A stretch of 64,000 bases of DNA from the NCBI GenBank assembly GCA_964399675.1, contig CAYNRK010000004.1:12715-76714 (forward strand), written 5' to 3'. Under the pieces are notes generated by a model. It was not told the origin of the DNA and did no database searches. It saw nothing but the letters and a program-made list of their open reading frames with translations. The position numbers were made by a program, and so were the translations under genes. Source of the stretch: an uncultured Gammaproteobacteria bacterium. Lineage in GTDB: Bacteria > Patescibacteriota > Patescibacteriia > UBA9934 > GWF2-40-263. This document shows positions 9,568 through 19,077 of this stretch, piece by piece. The first letter of the stretch is position 1. Each line of letters starts with the position of its first letter.

Positions 9568-10192
9568 AGTTGATCTTTTAGAGGAGGACATTGAAGATAT
9601 CTATAGGGGTTATCAAGAGCAACCAAAAACTCAAACAGTGGTCGAGGATCAGGTCTTGAAAGAACAATTAGAAACAGAAGAATTATCAGACGCAGAGCTT
9701 GTGCTCAAAATGGGTTCGAAAATGTTTGATTTGGAAGATCGATCTTGTGGTGTTGATCACAATGATAATGAGTCATTTGCAGTTCCACTTAGACCGCATG
9801 TGAATCGCAATCCGCTTTATATCCATACGCGCACATGGGCACAGGAAGTGTATCGATTTGCAAAGGATACTTATCACAATAAACAAGTTCACTCCAGAGA
9901 TATTTTTCGTGTGTACATTAATGTCAACATGATTCCTATTAAATTATCGATTGCGCAAACAGAGGAGATGCAAGAAGATCCGCTTGCGTTTGAAATTGCA
10001 GAAAAGGAATACGTGCTTGTGCTTACATATTTAGATCGCGTGCTTGAGTCTCTTGAGAAAATTCAAATGCAATCGCTAACAGCACTTGATGAATTGATTA
10101 ATAAGGGGAAAATTATTAGAGCAGAAATATTTCGTGTGTATCAGCAACTCATTGATCGCAAAGATAAAAAGCGACCCGATAACTTTTTATGA
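9518..10192 (+). CDS. hypothetical protein (start uncertain, overlaps upstream ORF by 50 nt)
   Basis: ORF only. Confidence 0.35.
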   Translation: MTYQSDPQHPWIFHRDEVDLLEEDIEDIYRGYQEQPKTQTVVEDQVLKEQLETEELSDAELVLKMGSKMFDLEDRSCGVDHNDNESFAVPLRPHVNRNPLYIHTRTWAQEVYRFAKDTYHNKQVHSRDIFRVYINVNMIPIKLSIAQTEEMQEDPLAFEIAEKEYVLVLTYLDRVLESLEKIQMQSLTALDELINKGKIIRAEIFRVYQQLIDRKDKKRPDNFL

Positions 10193-10851
10193 AAAAACCC
10201 AAAGTCGCTGCTATTGTACCTGCTTTTAATGAAGAGAAAACCATTGCTGATGTGGTAAAAGTATTATGTTCATCAGAACTTATTGATAAGGTAATTGTGA
10301 TTTCTGATGGTTCAACTGACAAAACAAAAGAACGTGCTACAAAGGCGGGGGCAACAGTGTACGAGCTTCCAAAGACAACTGGAAAAGGTCAAGCAATGCT
10401 TCATGCCCTTAAACATACAAAAGCGTTGGTAATTGCTTTTTTTGATGCAGATCTTATTGGACTTACACAAGATCATGTTGAGCGATTACTTTTTCCGGTG
10501 ATAAATGGTGCGCGCATTATGAATGTTGGAGTGCGTGATAGAGGTCAGGTCATTAGTTTATTAACGCACAGAATGCCTCTTATTGGCGGCGAACGTGCTA
10601 TGATGAGACAAGTGATTGAAGGTGTGCCATCTGAATATTTGCAGGGATATATGATAGAATCAGCATTGAACTACTATTGTAGATCTAACAAATATCCATA
10701 TGGATCCGTGGATTTGCCCGGCCTTTCTATTCGCATGAAGTTTGATAAAGTAGGGGTTCCAACCGGAATGGTTCAATATATAAAAATGTATTTGCAGGTT
10801 TTTAAGGCGATGCTGATTGTGAGATTGGCACGATTATTTAGAAAGTTTTAA
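10189..10851 (+). CDS. family 2 glycosyltransferase
   Basis: KVAAIVPAFNEEKTI..ISDGSTDKT is the GT2 N-terminal signature. Following DAD motif present. Confidence 0.75.
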   Translation: MKKPKVAAIVPAFNEEKTIADVVKVLCSSELIDKVIVISDGSTDKTKERATKAGATVYELPKTTGKGQAMLHALKHTKALVIAFFDADLIGLTQDHVERLLFPVINGARIMNVGVRDRGQVISLLTHRMPLIGGERAMMRQVIEGVPSEYLQGYMIESALNYYCRSNKYPYGSVDLPGLSIRMKFDKVGVPTGMVQYIKMYLQVFKAMLIVRLARLFRKF

Positions 10852-10854
10852 GTA

Positions 10855-10930
10855 GTAGGAACTGGGAACTAGGAACCAGGACCTGGGATTAGTAGTCCCA
10901 GTCCCCAGTACCCAGTTCTCAGGCCCCAAA
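10855..10930. repeat. imperfect palindrome ggaactgggaactaggaaccagg..cccagtccccagtacccagttc
   Basis: Long hairpin in the GT2-murD spacer. Confidence 0.6.
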
Positions 10931-10933
10931 ACT

Positions 10934-12415
10934 ATGCCACTAAATTTATCTAAAATTGAAAATTTTCAGGATGCAATGGTGACTGTGATGGGGCTTGGTC
11001 GGTTTAAACAAGGAAGTGGTGTTGGTGCTGCAAAGTGGTTAATGCGTCACGGCGCTCAAATTGTGATTACAGATCTTAAAGATGAACTTGAACTAAAAGA
11101 ATCAGTTGATGAGATAACAAACTGGTATACAAAATACAAAGCTGAATATAAAGATCGAGAAATTTATCAGCCAATTTTCACTCTTGGTAAGCACGAAGAG
11201 GATGATTTTACAAATGTTGATCTTGTTGTACAAAATCCAGGTGTTGCTCGTGAAAGTGAGTTTGTTGTACTTGCAAAGGAGCAGGGAGTTCATGTTGAAA
11301 GTGATGTGTCGTTGTTTTTTAGATACTGTCCGTTTCCGATTTACAGCATTACAGGCACACGAGGAAAATCAACAACCACAGCATTGCTCGGAGAAATGCT
11401 TAAACACAAACATCCAAAAACAGTTGTGGCAGGAAATATTACTCGCTCACCGCTTGAGGATTTGGATTGGTTGTTAGAAGAAAAAGAACCCGTGCCAATT
11501 GTGCTTGAGCTTTCTTCTTGGTTGCTTGAGAGTTTAGAGGATTTAGGCATTGGTCCGGATATTGCGCTATTAACAAATGCATACAAAGATCATTTGGATC
11601 GATATGATTCATTTGAGCATTATGTTTGGGCAAAGGAGTTAATTTTTAAGATACAAAACGAAAATCAAATTGCAATTTTAAATGCTGATCAGGAAATCAT
11701 GGACGAGATTGCTTCTAGAACAAATGCAGGAAAGGTTTATTGGTTTTCTCAAAAAGGCTTGTCTGGTGACAAAGAGGGTGTGTATCAAGACAGCGATGAT
11801 TTGAAACGTCGCATAAGTGAAAGTGATGTGGTGTTTGGGCATGTGCATGATATTAAAATCGAAGGTGAACATAATATAATGAACGCATTGAGTGCATCGC
11901 TTATTGCACACTTGGCCGGTGTTTCAGATGATGACATTCATTCAACGCTTAAAACATTTATTGGCTTGCCGGGTCGACAACAGATTGTAGCTGAGATTGA
12001 GGGGGTATTATATGTTAATGACACAACCGCCACATCACCGGAAGGAGTATTGGCAGCTATTAAACGATTTGGAAAAGGAGGGAACATTGTTTTGTTAGCT
12101 GGCGGATCATCAAAAGGGTTGTCCTATGATGAGATGGGTAAGGCTGTTGGTGAACAATGTAAATTTGTTGTTTTGTTTGAGGGAACAGCCACTGAAGATA
12201 TTGCAAAAGCCATTGGCGATGGAGCACCGTCGGTTCGAGTTGATTCCATGGAAAAAGCCATGGAGGCTGCAGCTGATGTTGCTCAGCTTGGTGATGTTGT
12301 ATTACTTTCTCCCGGAACATCAAGTTTTGGAATGTTTAAAAATGAATTCGATCGGGGCGATCAGTTTGTGGAGATTGTAAAGAAAATAAAAAGAGAAGCA
12401 AAACCGCTGGAATAA
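10934..12415 (+). CDS. murD: UDP-N-acetylmuramoylalanine--D-glutamate ligase
   Basis: Rossmann-like N-domain (VMGLGRFKQGSGVGAAKWL) and Mur ligase P-loop ITGTRGKSTT. Confidence 0.85.
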   Translation: MPLNLSKIENFQDAMVTVMGLGRFKQGSGVGAAKWLMRHGAQIVITDLKDELELKESVDEITNWYTKYKAEYKDREIYQPIFTLGKHEEDDFTNVDLVVQNPGVARESEFVVLAKEQGVHVESDVSLFFRYCPFPIYSITGTRGKSTTTALLGEMLKHKHPKTVVAGNITRSPLEDLDWLLEEKEPVPIVLELSSWLLESLEDLGIGPDIALLTNAYKDHLDRYDSFEHYVWAKELIFKIQNENQIAILNADQEIMDEIASRTNAGKVYWFSQKGLSGDKEGVYQDSDDLKRRISESDVVFGHVHDIKIEGEHNIMNALSASLIAHLAGVSDDDIHSTLKTFIGLPGRQQIVAEIEGVLYVNDTTATSPEGVLAAIKRFGKGGNIVLLAGGSSKGLSYDEMGKAVGEQCKFVVLFEGTATEDIAKAIGDGAPSVRVDSMEKAMEAAADVAQLGDVVLLSPGTSSFGMFKNEFDRGDQFVEIVKKIKREAKPLE

Positions 12416-12430
12416 TCAGCGGTTTTTTAT
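12396..12430 (+). terminator. rho-independent terminator after murD
   Basis: ccgctg-gaataat-cagcgg followed by TTTTTT. Confidence 0.65.
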
Positions 12431-12442
12431 AAATATATCAAA

Positions 12443-13270
12443 ATGGAATTTGATTATTTTTTATACAATAAAAAAATTTTACCAATTTCAAAAGCGGTCG
12501 TTTCATTGTTTGATATTGAATATGCTTATGGATTCGGTGTTTACGAATCAGTTCGCGTTTCTAAAGGAGCAGTAAATTTTATTGATGACCATATTGAACG
12601 ATTGATTGAATCAGCAAAGGTAATCGGTTTAAAACACAACTTTTCGCAACCAGTGATTGAAAAAGGAATTTTGGGTTTAGTTGCGAAAACCCAATCACCA
12701 TCTTTCAACATAAAAATATTATTGATTGGTGCATCTGAAAAAGAGGATGCATCATTATTTGCTTTGTGTTTAAATCCATTTTTCCTTGATAAGAAATTAT
12801 ACAAAAATGGAGCTGACTTTATTACTTATAATCACGAAAGGGTTTTTCCTCATGCAAAAAGTTTGAACATGCTCCCAAGTTATGTCGCATATAAAAAAGC
12901 TAAGAGGGCTGGTGCTTATGATGCATTATTGATTAATCGGAATGGATTTATTACAGAAGGAACAAGAACAAATTTTTTCTGCATAAAAGACAAAATCATT
13001 TACACACCTCCGGATAAAGAAGTCTTGCTTGGTGTGACAAGAAAAGCATTGTTTAAAGTTGCTCAATTAAATGATTATGAAATCATTCAAAAGAATATCA
13101 GGTTTAGCGATGTTAAAAATTATGAAAATGCATTTGTATCTAGTACTTCAGCAAAAATCCTACCAATAAAAAAAATCAACACAACAATTTTTCAATCACC
13201 ATCAGAAGATCTTAAAAAGTTAATGAATTTGTTTGATGATTTTTTAACGAAGTGCAATGGAAAAATTTGA
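12443..13270 (+). CDS. class IV aminotransferase (D-amino acid / branched-chain type)
   Basis: Fold-type IV pattern (..YGFGVYESVRV.., ..EGTRTNFF..). Adjacent to murD, so a plausible D-Glu/D-Ala supplier. Confidence 0.6.
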   Translation: MEFDYFLYNKKILPISKAVVSLFDIEYAYGFGVYESVRVSKGAVNFIDDHIERLIESAKVIGLKHNFSQPVIEKGILGLVAKTQSPSFNIKILLIGASEKEDASLFALCLNPFFLDKKLYKNGADFITYNHERVFPHAKSLNMLPSYVAYKKAKRAGAYDALLINRNGFITEGTRTNFFCIKDKIIYTPPDKEVLLGVTRKALFKVAQLNDYEIIQKNIRFSDVKNYENAFVSSTSAKILPIKKINTTIFQSPSEDLKKLMNLFDDFLTKCNGKI

Positions 13271-13296
13271 GTTTTTGATAAAAAACGATTCGGAAA

Positions 13297-13330
13297 ATTT
13301 GACAAACAGGGAAAAATTTGGTTTAATATA
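13297..13330 (+). promoter_or_regulatory. sigma70-like promoter (TTGACA-18-TAATAT) of tRNA-like unit 1
   Basis: Hexamers read directly. The same layout is repeated at 15588..15622. Confidence 0.5.
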
Positions 13331-13427
13331 AATGCAGATGAGGGTTTAAAAACCTCCACCAACTGATGTCAATAAAATCTCCCTTCCAAATTTGTGATGG
13401 GAGATTTTATTTATTTCCCGAGTTCAT

Positions 13428-13504
13428 GGGCTTGTGGAGGTAATTGGTAACCTCATCTGCTTTGACATCAGAAGTTGCGGGTTCGAATCCCGTCGAGTCC
13501 ACCA
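13428..13504 (+). tRNA. tRNA-like gene with Val(GAC)-type loop TTGACAT inside a 9-nt loop closed by a 4-bp stem
   Basis: Good acceptor, D and T arms plus CCA. Anticodon arm is tctg/caga with loop cTTTGACAt. A 12-bp leader-trailer helix (cccgagttcatgg / ccatgactcggg) encloses the body, and a terminator follows. Confidence 0.5.
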
Positions 13505-13602
13505 TGACTCGGGTTCGAGCAAATCCACTTTTAATTAAGTGGATTTGTTTTTGTAAGAAATCAGCTGGAACAATAAGTGGTTTTTTGATAGTCTGGTTTG
13601 GT

Positions 13603-15582
13603 ATGGAGTTCATAAAAGATTTCAAAAATATTAATAAAGACAATGTAGAAATTGCCGGTGGCAAAGGTGCGTCTTTGGGAGAGATGACGCAAGCTGGGCT
13701 TCCAGTTCCGCCTGGTTTTGTTGTGTTAGCAGGCACCTTTGATTTTTTTCTTAAAGAAACAGACATAAATGTTGAGATTGATGCAGTGCTCGATACTGTT
13801 GATCACAAAGTGGTTCATACAGTCCAAGATGCATCTGAGAAAATTCAAGCAATGATTTTAAATGCAGTAATGCCAAAAGAGATCCAAGACACAATTCAAT
13901 CAAGTTTTGAAAAGCTGGATGCAGATTTGGTTGCTGTACGATCAAGTGCAACTTCTGAAGACAGCGCGACTGCTGCTTGGGCGGGGCAGCTGGATACTTT
14001 TTTGAACACGACTTCTGATGAATTGATCGAGAACATTAAGAAATGTTGGGCCTCGCTTTTTACACCAAGAGCGATTTTTTATCGATTTGAAAAAGAACTT
14101 CATCAGGAAAATATTTCTGTGGCAGTTGTTGTTCAGAAAATGATTGACAGTGACGTTTCTGGAATTGCTTTTTCAGTTCATCCTGTTACAGAAGATCCAA
14201 ATCAAATGATTATTGAAGCAGCATTTGGTCTTGGCGAGGCGATTGTTTCAGGACAAGTTACACCTGATGCTTATGTTGTTGATAAAGAAACATTTGAGAA
14301 TATTGATATTAATGTAAACCAAGAAAAACAAGTTTTGTCAGAAGACCAGATTCTGAACCTTGCCAAAGAGGTTGTGAAAATCGAATCACATTATGGCTTC
14401 CCGGTTGATGTTGAGTGGGCAATGAAAGATGGGGAGTTGTTTATTCTTCAAAGCAGACCGATTACGACTCTTTCACCAAAACTTAAGGATAAAGTACTTA
14501 ATATTGATGATTATTACCAGTGTTTGTTTCGTGTAATTGCAGGGGGTGTGGCCTTTCTTACATCTGATGTGTTTCGTAGGTATTACGAGACATTACAGGC
14601 AATTTTGACAGTTAAAGATGGGGTTTGGACAAGCTATATTCCAATTGCGGTACGTGATCAATTATTAGAAGAGGGGATTAAACTCTATTCGAATAGAAAA
14701 GCATTTGAAGAATATCAAACGGCTTTTAATACTTATATTAAATTTTCCGATACGTATTTTGACAAAATACTTAATAAAAAAAATCTAACAAAAAGTGATG
14801 TAAAAAAAGGTTACGAAACAGCAGATAAACATTTTTCATTTTATTCAAAAACTGAATTCTTTTATACAGACAAAGCGTATGAGTTATCTCTTGAGGCAAA
14901 CCAACAAGAGTTGAGGGAAAATCTGAGTCGTTTAGAAGAAGTTAAAAATAATGGTAGAGAACATCTGAACCGCATGTTTTTTGGAGGAGATGGGTATATT
15001 AGTAGAATGTCTGTGAAAGTTGCTCGGCAATTTGGTGTTTCAGAAGAAGATGTTTATTTGTACAAGGTTCAAGAAGTGATTGATTTGTTTGATCACAATA
15101 GAGTGTCTGCTAAGGAATTAAAGAGACGATTAGATTCATTTGTAACCATCAGCGATGGAGGTTCTACTAAGTATTTAGTCGGTGACGAGGCGATTGCATT
15201 CATCAATAAATTTGAAGAAAAACAAAATGTTAAAGGGGGTGTGTTGCGTGGCATGAGTGCTAATGTGGGTAAAGTAACGGGAAGAGTTAAGATTATACCA
15301 TCTGATTACTATTTTGATTTTTCAGTTCTTGATTCAATAATTGATTCAATGAATGAAGGAGATGTATTGGTTGCAGAAACAACATCTCCAGAATTAATGA
15401 GAGCTTGTAAAAAAGCATCTGCGATAATTACTGATCAGGGGGGGCTTCTATCACACGCTGCAATTGTAAGTCGGGAAATGGAAATACCGTGTATTGTTGC
15501 GGTTTCAAATGCAACTCAAGTTTTAAAAGACGGTGACGAGGTTGAGGTTGATGCAAACAATGGAGTGGTTCGCAAAATTTGA
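13603..15582 (+). CDS. PEP-utilising enzyme family protein (pyruvate,water dikinase / rifampicin-phosphotransferase-like)
   Basis: N-terminal PPDK-type ATP/PEP-binding domain (GGKGASLGEM, AVRSSATSEDSATAAWAG) and C-terminal mobile His domain (TDQGGLLSHAAIVSREMEIPCIV). Start moved from 13444 to the first Met downstream of the tRNA-like element. Confidence 0.75.
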   Translation: MEFIKDFKNINKDNVEIAGGKGASLGEMTQAGLPVPPGFVVLAGTFDFFLKETDINVEIDAVLDTVDHKVVHTVQDASEKIQAMILNAVMPKEIQDTIQSSFEKLDADLVAVRSSATSEDSATAAWAGQLDTFLNTTSDELIENIKKCWASLFTPRAIFYRFEKELHQENISVAVVVQKMIDSDVSGIAFSVHPVTEDPNQMIIEAAFGLGEAIVSGQVTPDAYVVDKETFENIDINVNQEKQVLSEDQILNLAKEVVKIESHYGFPVDVEWAMKDGELFILQSRPITTLSPKLKDKVLNIDDYYQCLFRVIAGGVAFLTSDVFRRYYETLQAILTVKDGVWTSYIPIAVRDQLLEEGIKLYSNRKAFEEYQTAFNTYIKFSDTYFDKILNKKNLTKSDVKKGYETADKHFSFYSKTEFFYTDKAYELSLEANQQELRENLSRLEEVKNNGREHLNRMFFGGDGYISRMSVKVARQFGVSEEDVYLYKVQEVIDLFDHNRVSAKELKRRLDSFVTISDGGSTKYLVGDEAIAFINKFEEKQNVKGGVLRGMSANVGKVTGRVKIIPSDYYFDFSVLDSIIDSMNEGDVLVAETTSPELMRACKKASAIITDQGGLLSHAAIVSREMEIPCIVAVSNATQVLKDGDEVEVDANNGVVRKI

Positions 15583-15587
15583 TAAAC

Positions 15588-15622
15588 AGACAAAAATTTG
15601 ATTTAATATAACTACGATCGAG
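15588..15622 (+). promoter_or_regulatory. sigma70-like promoter (TTGATA-18-TAATAT) of tRNA-like unit 2
   Basis: Paralogous to 13297..13330. Confidence 0.45.
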
Positions 15623-15705
15623 GTTATCCTCTGTAAATAAATCGGTATCAACCAAAAAGAACTCCCTAAAATTACGGGAGTTCTTTTTGTATAACCCGGG
15701 CTCAA

Positions 15706-15781
15706 GGGCCTGTGGGGGTAATGGTAACCCCGATCGAGTTGATACCGATAGCTGCCGGTTCGAATCCGGTCGGGTCCACCA
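15706..15781 (+). tRNA. tRNA-like gene with Ile(GAT)-type loop TTGATAC inside a 9-nt loop closed by a 4-bp stem
   Basis: Same architecture as 13428..13504 (stem atcg/cgat, loop agTTGATAc). Leader-trailer helix cccggg..cccggg and a downstream terminator hairpin. Confidence 0.5.
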
Positions 15782-15849
15782 TGACCCGGGACTAAACAAA
15801 CCCACCTTAGTTTAGGTGGGTTTGTTGTCTTAGAAATATTGTCCAGCAT

Positions 15850-16326
15850 TCATGTTCGTGACGACTTCTCCCATTCGCGGACAATTGTTAGCGATTCGTT
15901 TTCCAGTTCAGGTAAGTGGACTAATTCTATGGGTTGTGTCAGTTCAGAGTTAATGCTTGATAACTTGTAGTGTCCGCCGTAGTATTCATTTGACACTTTT
16001 TCTTTTTGACATGCAAAAACTATTTTTGGAATTGCACTCCAGCTAGAAGCGCCAAGGCACATAATGCAAGGTTGCATAGATGCATACAGCACCGCGTCAG
16101 ACAGATCACAAGATTGAAGATTTTTGCACGCTGCTCGAATCGCGGCCATCTCGCCATGATTGGTTGGGTCGTTCTGCTTGTTGCCGACGCTGATTCCTTC
16201 ACTAATAACTTTCTCGTTTTTTACGATAACCGCACCGGCAGGAAAGCCTCCTTGCGCTACTGATTCTTTTGCCTTTTCTATTGCTTGTTGTAAAAAATGT
16301 TTGTCTTTCATAGATAATAATTTCAT
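15850..16326 (-). CDS. CMP/dCMP-type zinc deaminase (TadA / guanine deaminase-like)
   Basis: HGEMAAI ... PCIMCLGA zinc-binding signature. Confidence 0.75.
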   Translation of the reverse strand: MKLLSMKDKHFLQQAIEKAKESVAQGGFPAGAVIVKNEKVISEGISVGNKQNDPTNHGEMAAIRAACKNLQSCDLSDAVLYASMQPCIMCLGASSWSAIPKIVFACQKEKVSNEYYGGHYKLSSINSELTQPIELVHLPELENESLTIVREWEKSSRT

Positions 16327-16478
16327 TACTTATGCGGAAGAATATCAACTTTTTATTTTTTTCACAATATTGACAAACATAATTTGACAAAACACAAAAA
16401 ATTTAATTTAATACAATTATCCAGTTGAGATATTATCTCCACGTCGGTGTCAACAAAAATCTCCCTTCCAAATTTATG

Positions 16479-16757
16479 TTAGGGGGTTTTTTGTTTGCCC
16501 CGGGCAAATTTTTTTTGCGCAGCAAGCGCTTTTTCAATACACTCATTTGGATCCAATCCAAGATCATCACACCAACGAATGGATGAGACAATCATATTGC
16601 CAAGTTCCTTTTTCAATTCATCATCCTCAACGCCATCGCGAGCCTGTCTACACAAATCACCATAAACAACACCCATTGCAACGACAATTTCATTAAGTGT
16701 CATTTTTTTATCTCCCCAAATATTTCTGCTTTGTAAAAGAAGTTCTTGAATGGTCAT
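16479..16757 (-). CDS. MazG-like nucleotide pyrophosphohydrolase (small single-domain)
   Basis: About 90-aa all-alpha protein with the MazG-type acidic motif E..E...D. Confidence 0.55.
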   Translation of the reverse strand: MTIQELLLQSRNIWGDKKMTLNEIVVAMGVVYGDLCRQARDGVEDDELKKELGNMIVSSIRWCDDLGLDPNECIEKALAAQKKFARGKQKTP

Positions 16758-16825
16758 ATGAGTTTATTATAGCTCGATTCCGTGCTAAAATGAATTTTGT
16801 CCAGGTAATCTGGATTTTTTAGCAT

Positions 16826-18142
16826 ATGATCAAAAGACTTCTTAAAAAATTGATTCCAGAAGTATTGATAAATTTTTATCATTTTTTATTAGCTCATCTT
16901 GCAGTAATAATCTATCGCCACCCATCTCGAAAAATGATTGTGATCGGTGTTACAGGAACTTCAGGGAAATCAACAACTTGTTATCTTCTTTCTCGCATGC
17001 TTGAGCAGATGGGTTATACAGTTGGGGTTGCTTCAACGATTCAATTTAAGATTGGTGAAAAGGAATGGATCAATGATCAAAAGATGACAATGGTCGGGCG
17101 GTTTCAGTTACAACGATTGCTTAGCGATATGGTAAATGCAAAATGTCGTTTTGCGATTGTTGAAACTACTTCAGAGGGAATTAAACAATCTCGGCACAAA
17201 GGAATCCATTACGATGTTGCAGTGTTAACGAATTTATATCCAGAGCATATTGAATCTCATGGAAGTTTTGAAAATTACAAAGCTGAAAAACTAAAGCTTT
17301 TTAAAAAACTCGAGCACGATAAGGTGAAAGTTATTAATGGAAAAGCTGTTGAAAAAACTATTATAGTAAACGCACAGGATGAACATGCAAACGACTTTTT
17401 GGATTTTAATGTTAAAATTAAATATACGTTCTCAATTGGCGATCAAATGAATGGCAACAATAAAGCAGTGATCGCAGATGAAATTACGAGCAATGCTCAA
17501 GGGCTCCGGTTTCGTGTAAACAGCGTGTTGTTCCAAGTGCCAATTCTTGGTCATCACAACATATCAAATTGTTTAGCGGCAATTTGTATTGGCCTTTCAC
17601 AAGGAATGAATCTTAATGAAATGGCCAAAGCGTTGAGGCGTGTTAAAGCAATTCCAGGAAGAATTGAGCGCATTGATGAAGGTCAGTCGTTTGTTGTAAT
17701 TGTTGATTATGCTTTTGAACCTCGGGCCATGTTAAAATTGTACGAGACAATCAAAGACTTAAAATGCAATCGTATTATCCACGTCTTTGGTGGAACCGGA
17801 GGTGGAAGAGATCGAAGTCATCATGAAAAGAACGGTTTGTTTGTTGGCCAACATGCAGACATTGCCGTTGTAACAGATGAAGATCCATACGATGATGATC
17901 CAATGGAAATTATCAATAGCGTGGCAAAGGGGGTGGAAGCTTCTGAAAAGTGTGAAGTAATTAAGATTCTTAATCGACAAGAAGCGATCAACAAGGCAGT
18001 GCAACTTGCACAGCCAAACGATATTGTTTTAATCACTGGAAAGGGAAGTGAACAAGCCATGGTTGTTGCACACGAAAAGCATGTTCCATGGGACGATCGG
18101 GTAGCAGCTCGGAAAGCACTCAAAAAGTATGGACATAAGTAG
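16826..18142 (+). CDS. Mur ligase family protein (MurE-like)
   Basis: P-loop VIGVTGTSGKSTT. C-terminal domain present. The DNPR-like region is degenerate, so MurE cannot be told from MurF. Confidence 0.65.
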   Translation: MIKRLLKKLIPEVLINFYHFLLAHLAVIIYRHPSRKMIVIGVTGTSGKSTTCYLLSRMLEQMGYTVGVASTIQFKIGEKEWINDQKMTMVGRFQLQRLLSDMVNAKCRFAIVETTSEGIKQSRHKGIHYDVAVLTNLYPEHIESHGSFENYKAEKLKLFKKLEHDKVKVINGKAVEKTIIVNAQDEHANDFLDFNVKIKYTFSIGDQMNGNNKAVIADEITSNAQGLRFRVNSVLFQVPILGHHNISNCLAAICIGLSQGMNLNEMAKALRRVKAIPGRIERIDEGQSFVVIVDYAFEPRAMLKLYETIKDLKCNRIIHVFGGTGGGRDRSHHEKNGLFVGQHADIAVVTDEDPYDDDPMEIINSVAKGVEASEKCEVIKILNRQEAINKAVQLAQPNDIVLITGKGSEQAMVVAHEKHVPWDDRVAARKALKKYGHK

Positions 18143-18617
18143 ACTTATTGAATTAAAACCCAACGAAGAAATTTTAGAGGTTGTGCACGAGTCTTTGGTT
18201 CCAAATTTGTTTAAGTTCTTAGGCTTAACCATTTGGCTTGTTGTTCCATTTTTCTTTTTGTTTCCATTGTTTGCTCTTGGAATTTTTGGAGTCATAATAT
18301 TTTTTGCGCTTGTGATCTCTGCGATTGTTGCAATTTTAAAAGCTTTTCTCCTGTGGTCCAGAACTGTGTTTGTGATTTCTGATAAAAGAGTGATTGATAT
18401 AAATCAAAAGAGTTTTTTTGATCGTGAAGTAACCGAGACTTCGTATAGACAAATTGATGAAGTGAGTTATCGGGTGAAAGGATTTGTGGCAACGATTTTT
18501 CGTTATGGATTTATTCGTTTGGATTTAAAGGGTTCATCTGCTGACATCGAGTTTGTTCATGTAAGTAGACCTGCGCGAATTCATAATCTTATTAATGACT
18601 TGCGAGACAATGCGTGA
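18129..18617 (+). CDS. membrane protein with bacterial PH (YdbS-like) domain
   Basis: Two TM helices followed by a short beta-rich domain. Confidence 0.4.
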   Translation: MDISRLIELKPNEEILEVVHESLVPNLFKFLGLTIWLVVPFFFLFPLFALGIFGVIIFFALVISAIVAILKAFLLWSRTVFVISDKRVIDINQKSFFDREVTETSYRQIDEVSYRVKGFVATIFRYGFIRLDLKGSSADIEFVHVSRPARIHNLINDLRDNA

Positions 18618-19077
18618 TTCTCAAAATTTATTTTTAAAAAGAATTTTAAAGTGGCGATTTTTGTTCGTTGTTAATTTGTTGTTGATTTTGTTTATATCTG
18701 TTTCATTGGGAAGAGAAATTTTTCGTAGTCAAGATATTCAAAAAGACATTGATGCTTTGCAGGTTGAGGCTGATGAACTTGCAACCAAGAATATGGCAAT
18801 TAAAGAATTTTATACTGCAATGCAAACTGAATCATATATTGAGCGAGAGGCGCGGTTGAAATTGGGTATGAAAAAGGAGGGGGAAGATGTGGTGATTGTT
18901 CAAAGGGCAGAAAAGGGAGAAGAGGTAGAAAAGGGAGAAGAGGGGGGGGATGAGAACGATCCACTTGGATTGATTATTAATGAAAATTCCACACAAAAGC
19001 TTGCTAATCCAACCAAGTGGTGGTATTACTTTTTCAATAAACCAGCGTTTGAAGATCAAAAGTCATATGAAAATTGA
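18595..19077 (+). CDS. septum formation initiator FtsB/DivIC-like
   Basis: Single TM helix, coiled coil, and conserved ..EREARLKLGMKKEGEDVV.. segment. Confidence 0.65.
   Translation: MTCETMRDSQNLFLKRILKWRFLFVVNLLLILFISVSLGREIFRSQDIQKDIDALQVEADELATKNMAIKEFYTAMQTESYIEREARLKLGMKKEGEDVVIVQRAEKGEEVEKGEEGGDENDPLGLIINENSTQKLANPTKWWYYFFNKPAFEDQKSYEN

Noticed and set aside
13407-13766. ORF 13407..13766 (-) and the N-terminal 53 codons of ORF 13444..15582
   Set aside because: Both run through the tRNA-like gene, its leader-trailer helix and the terminator. The PEP-utilising enzyme start was moved to 13603.
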